A stretch of DNA of 64,000 nt, from IMG/VR virus record IMGVR_UViG_3300021962_000054, positions 31,796 to 95,795 of that record; one strand, given 5' to 3'. A program made the translations under genes and the position numbers. Position 1 is the first letter of the stretch. Every line of letters starts with the position of its first letter. The notes beneath the pieces are model-generated. The model worked only from the letters and a program-made list of their open reading frames with translations. It did not search any database and was not told the origin of the DNA. This document shows positions 62,086 through 64,000 of the stretch, in pieces. The stretch is from a virus.

Positions 62086-62301
62086 TTATAACCTTCTAGT
62101 GATTCTTCCCTTAGTAAGGTCATAGGGACTCATTTCGATTTCTACACGATCAGCATCTAGTATTCTTATTTCATGTTGTCGCATTTTACCTGAAATATAT
62201 CCTAATACCTCTACACCATTTTTTAGTTTTACTTTGAACATGGCGTTAGGCAAAACATCGATTATTTCACCTTCCATCTTTATTCCACCTTCTTTAGACA
62301 T
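62086..62301 (-). CDS. infA: translation initiation factor IF-1
   Basis: [30 protein letters not shown]. Confidence 0.97.
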   Translation of the reverse strand: MSKEGGIKMEGEIIDVLPNAMFKVKLKNGVEVLGYISGKMRQHEIRILDADRVEIEMSPYDLTKGRITRRL

Positions 62302-62310
62302 ATAATATTT

Positions 62311-62877
62311 TCACTTCTCCTCTAATGTTGCTTGTAAATCCTGTAATACTTTCATATACAGGTCTTCTCCGGCAGCAACTTGTTCCTTCCAAGTTGTAGC
62401 AGCGTTCTCATCTGCCTGATCGCTGATATATTTGTAAATCTCACAACTAACTCCTGCCATCAAGCAAGATTTAGCAATACTGAAACATTCCATATCTACC
62501 ATGTCACACTTTACTCTAAGTTTGTGTCGTTCTGTGACATGCATATCTCCTGTCGCACAAGTGTAACCTTGTCCTTCAAAAGTTATAACGTTAGTATTGT
62601 CTAATGCGATATATCCGGGCTGTAGTCCCATAGCCAATAAATTGACATCATGCTGTATGACATTGTTGACACGATGTATGCCAGATGACAATGTGATGCC
62701 ACCTGCGGTGCCTAGATTGATTACACGTTTTGGATTATATGTAGCAATTAGATTTGTGACACTGATCGCAGCATTGACTTTGCCTATGCCGATACAAAAC
62801 ACATTCCTATACTTACTGAATAAGTTAGGAGCCTCATCACGCAATGCGAAAACGATTAGATCATTCATTGACATCAA
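62311..62877 (-). CDS. mtnN: MTA/SAH nucleosidase (PNP_UDP_1 family)
   Basis: GIGKVNAA, INLGTAGG, TGD, DME, ISD.AD. Confidence 0.85.
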   Translation of the reverse strand: MMSMNDLIVFALRDEAPNLFSKYRNVFCIGIGKVNAAISVTNLIATYNPKRVINLGTAGGITLSSGIHRVNNVIQHDVNLLAMGLQPGYIALDNTNVITFEGQGYTCATGDMHVTERHKLRVKCDMVDMECFSIAKSCLMAGVSCEIYKYISDQADENAATTWKEQVAAGEDLYMKVLQDLQATLEEK

Positions 62878-63400
62878 TAAGCGTCTCTACATGTACGCCT
62901 AATTCACGTAACTTTTGTTTACCAGGAAGGAAACTGATATTCAATAGACATGCTACAGTCATGCTATTATAAGGTACACCTAATTCATGTACAAGTTTAC
63001 ATATCGCTTCTGCTGTGCCGCCTGTCGCTAACACATCATCAACGATCATCACACTTCCTTTAGAATAATCAAACTTGCGTAATTCAAGTGTATCGGTGCC
63101 ATATTCTAATTCATATTCACGGCTGATCAGTTCGCCGGGCATCTTGCCTTTCTTTCTGACAACATGTAATGGAATGCCTAATCTATATGCTATTGGGCTT
63201 CCCCAGATAAATCCTCTAGCATCGGCTGCGAAAATATAATCAACATCATGGCCAGCCGCCACATTATAGAAATATTCTATACTTTCACGAAAGGCTACAG
63301 GTTTTGCACATACATCAACAGTGTTCAAATAATTGATGCCATCTTTGGGCCAATTACGATATACGGGTAATGCGTCTAATATGATTTGTTTGTCTATCAT
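62861..63400 (-). CDS. apt: adenine phosphoribosyltransferase
   Basis: ADARGF, RKKGKMPG, Y.LEYG, IVDDVLATGGT. Confidence 0.95.
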   Translation of the reverse strand: MIDKQIILDALPVYRNWPKDGINYLNTVDVCAKPVAFRESIEYFYNVAAGHDVDYIFAADARGFIWGSPIAYRLGIPLHVVRKKGKMPGELISREYELEYGTDTLELRKFDYSKGSVMIVDDVLATGGTAEAICKLVHELGVPYNSMTVACLLNISFLPGKQKLRELGVHVETLIDVNE

Positions 63401-63906
63401 TTTTTGAGTGTGTTCCAAATCTTTTCTTTTTCTAATATATCTTTTTCAAGTTCACGATACTTATCACCTAGTGCTTTGAGTTCTTCCCACTTTTCTTCTA
63501 ACACTTCATTAGGATGTAATATACCTAATCGTTGTTCAATCTTGTCTAATGATTCGGTAAGACTTTTGCCTTTGAGTTTTATATCGCCTTCAAACTCAGC
63601 GTCACCTTGCACTTTGAGTTTGGGATCAGCATATTGCCAAGTATCACTAAAACTTAGTGAAGGGCTAATATTACCTAGACTATAGCCACCTGTACTATTT
63701 GTAGCCCAAGTATAACTACCACTGCTTGAACTAGGATATGGCCAAGTATTGCCTGCTACTGTAGAAATAGTCGATGCGCTAGCAGTCGAGGTCATCATAT
63801 TATCATCGTAAAACAAATCACCTTGCGCAAAGGTTTTGTCATCTGCTAACTTTTGTAAAAGTTTGTCTATTTCCGAGAAGTCAATTTTGATATTATTTTC
63901 GTCCAT
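63397..63906 (-). CDS. conserved hypothetical phage protein
   Basis: S/T-rich linker, V.GDA.FEG, IEQRL.IL..N..LE..W coiled coil. Confidence 0.75.
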   Translation of the reverse strand: MDENNIKIDFSEIDKLLQKLADDKTFAQGDLFYDDNMMTSTASASTISTVAGNTWPYPSSSSGSYTWATNSTGGYSLGNISPSLSFSDTWQYADPKLKVQGDAEFEGDIKLKGKSLTESLDKIEQRLGILHPNEVLEEKWEELKALGDKYRELEKDILEKEKIWNTLKK

Positions 63907-63907
63907 A

Positions 63908-64000
63908 TTACTTTTTCTTGAGATATAACTTGCCTTCTTTGTCGATGTCGATATCGATTTCGTCACCTTCTTTCCAGCCCATAGATTTGAGTACTGGTTC
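63908..64000 (-). CDS. AbrB/MazE-like protein, C-terminal part (truncated by the window)
   Basis: Read manually: EPVLKSMGWKEGDEIDIDIDKEGKLYLKKK*. Confidence 0.7.
   Translation of the reverse strand, partial: EPVLKSMGWKEGDEIDIDIDKEGKLYLKKK

Overview
This is a 64-kb segment of a large, AT-rich T4-like (Tevenvirinae/Kyanoviridae-style) myophage genome using the standard genetic code. The host is probably a Gram-negative proteobacterium, inferred from the TonB receptor, porin, lipoprotein, AhpC/D, Pho boxes and IHF sites. Layout from left to right: (1) class Ia nrdA/nrdB/glutaredoxin, an Sm-like gene, PAAR and two large probable virion genes, the first ending in a Hint domain; (2) SleB hydrolase and ahpC/ahpD; (3) a 14.4-37 kb array of 26 CCA-encoding tRNAs covering 19 amino acids (no Phe; includes the unusual Thr-AGT and a long-arm Ile-TAT), interleaved with about five unassigned structured RNAs, an REase/MTase-like pair and many small modifying enzymes (six 2OG-Fe/JmjC oxygenases, two sulfotransferase-like, QueC-like, SGNH-like); (4) a Pho-box-preceded TonB-dependent receptor and a porin; (5) a subtilase / defensin-like Cys motif / S74 chaperone fusion flanked by GNAT, PP-loop and Cys-rich genes; (6) an early region with repeated sigma70 promoters, paired IHF sites and an ArfA-like gene; (7) a minus-strand block with a GT4 glycosyltransferase, collagen-like and LamG fibre genes, ErpA/IscA, a kinase-like gene, SOD, IF-1, MTA/SAH nucleosidase and APRT. 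The best candidates for new biology are the protease-defensin-S74 locus, a translation-control set (leaderless late mRNAs, tRNAs that overlap stop codons, ArfA-like, IF-1), the inter-tRNA ncRNAs and the host-regulator boxes placed on phage late promoters. All calls are from visual motif recognition; no searches or folding programs were run.
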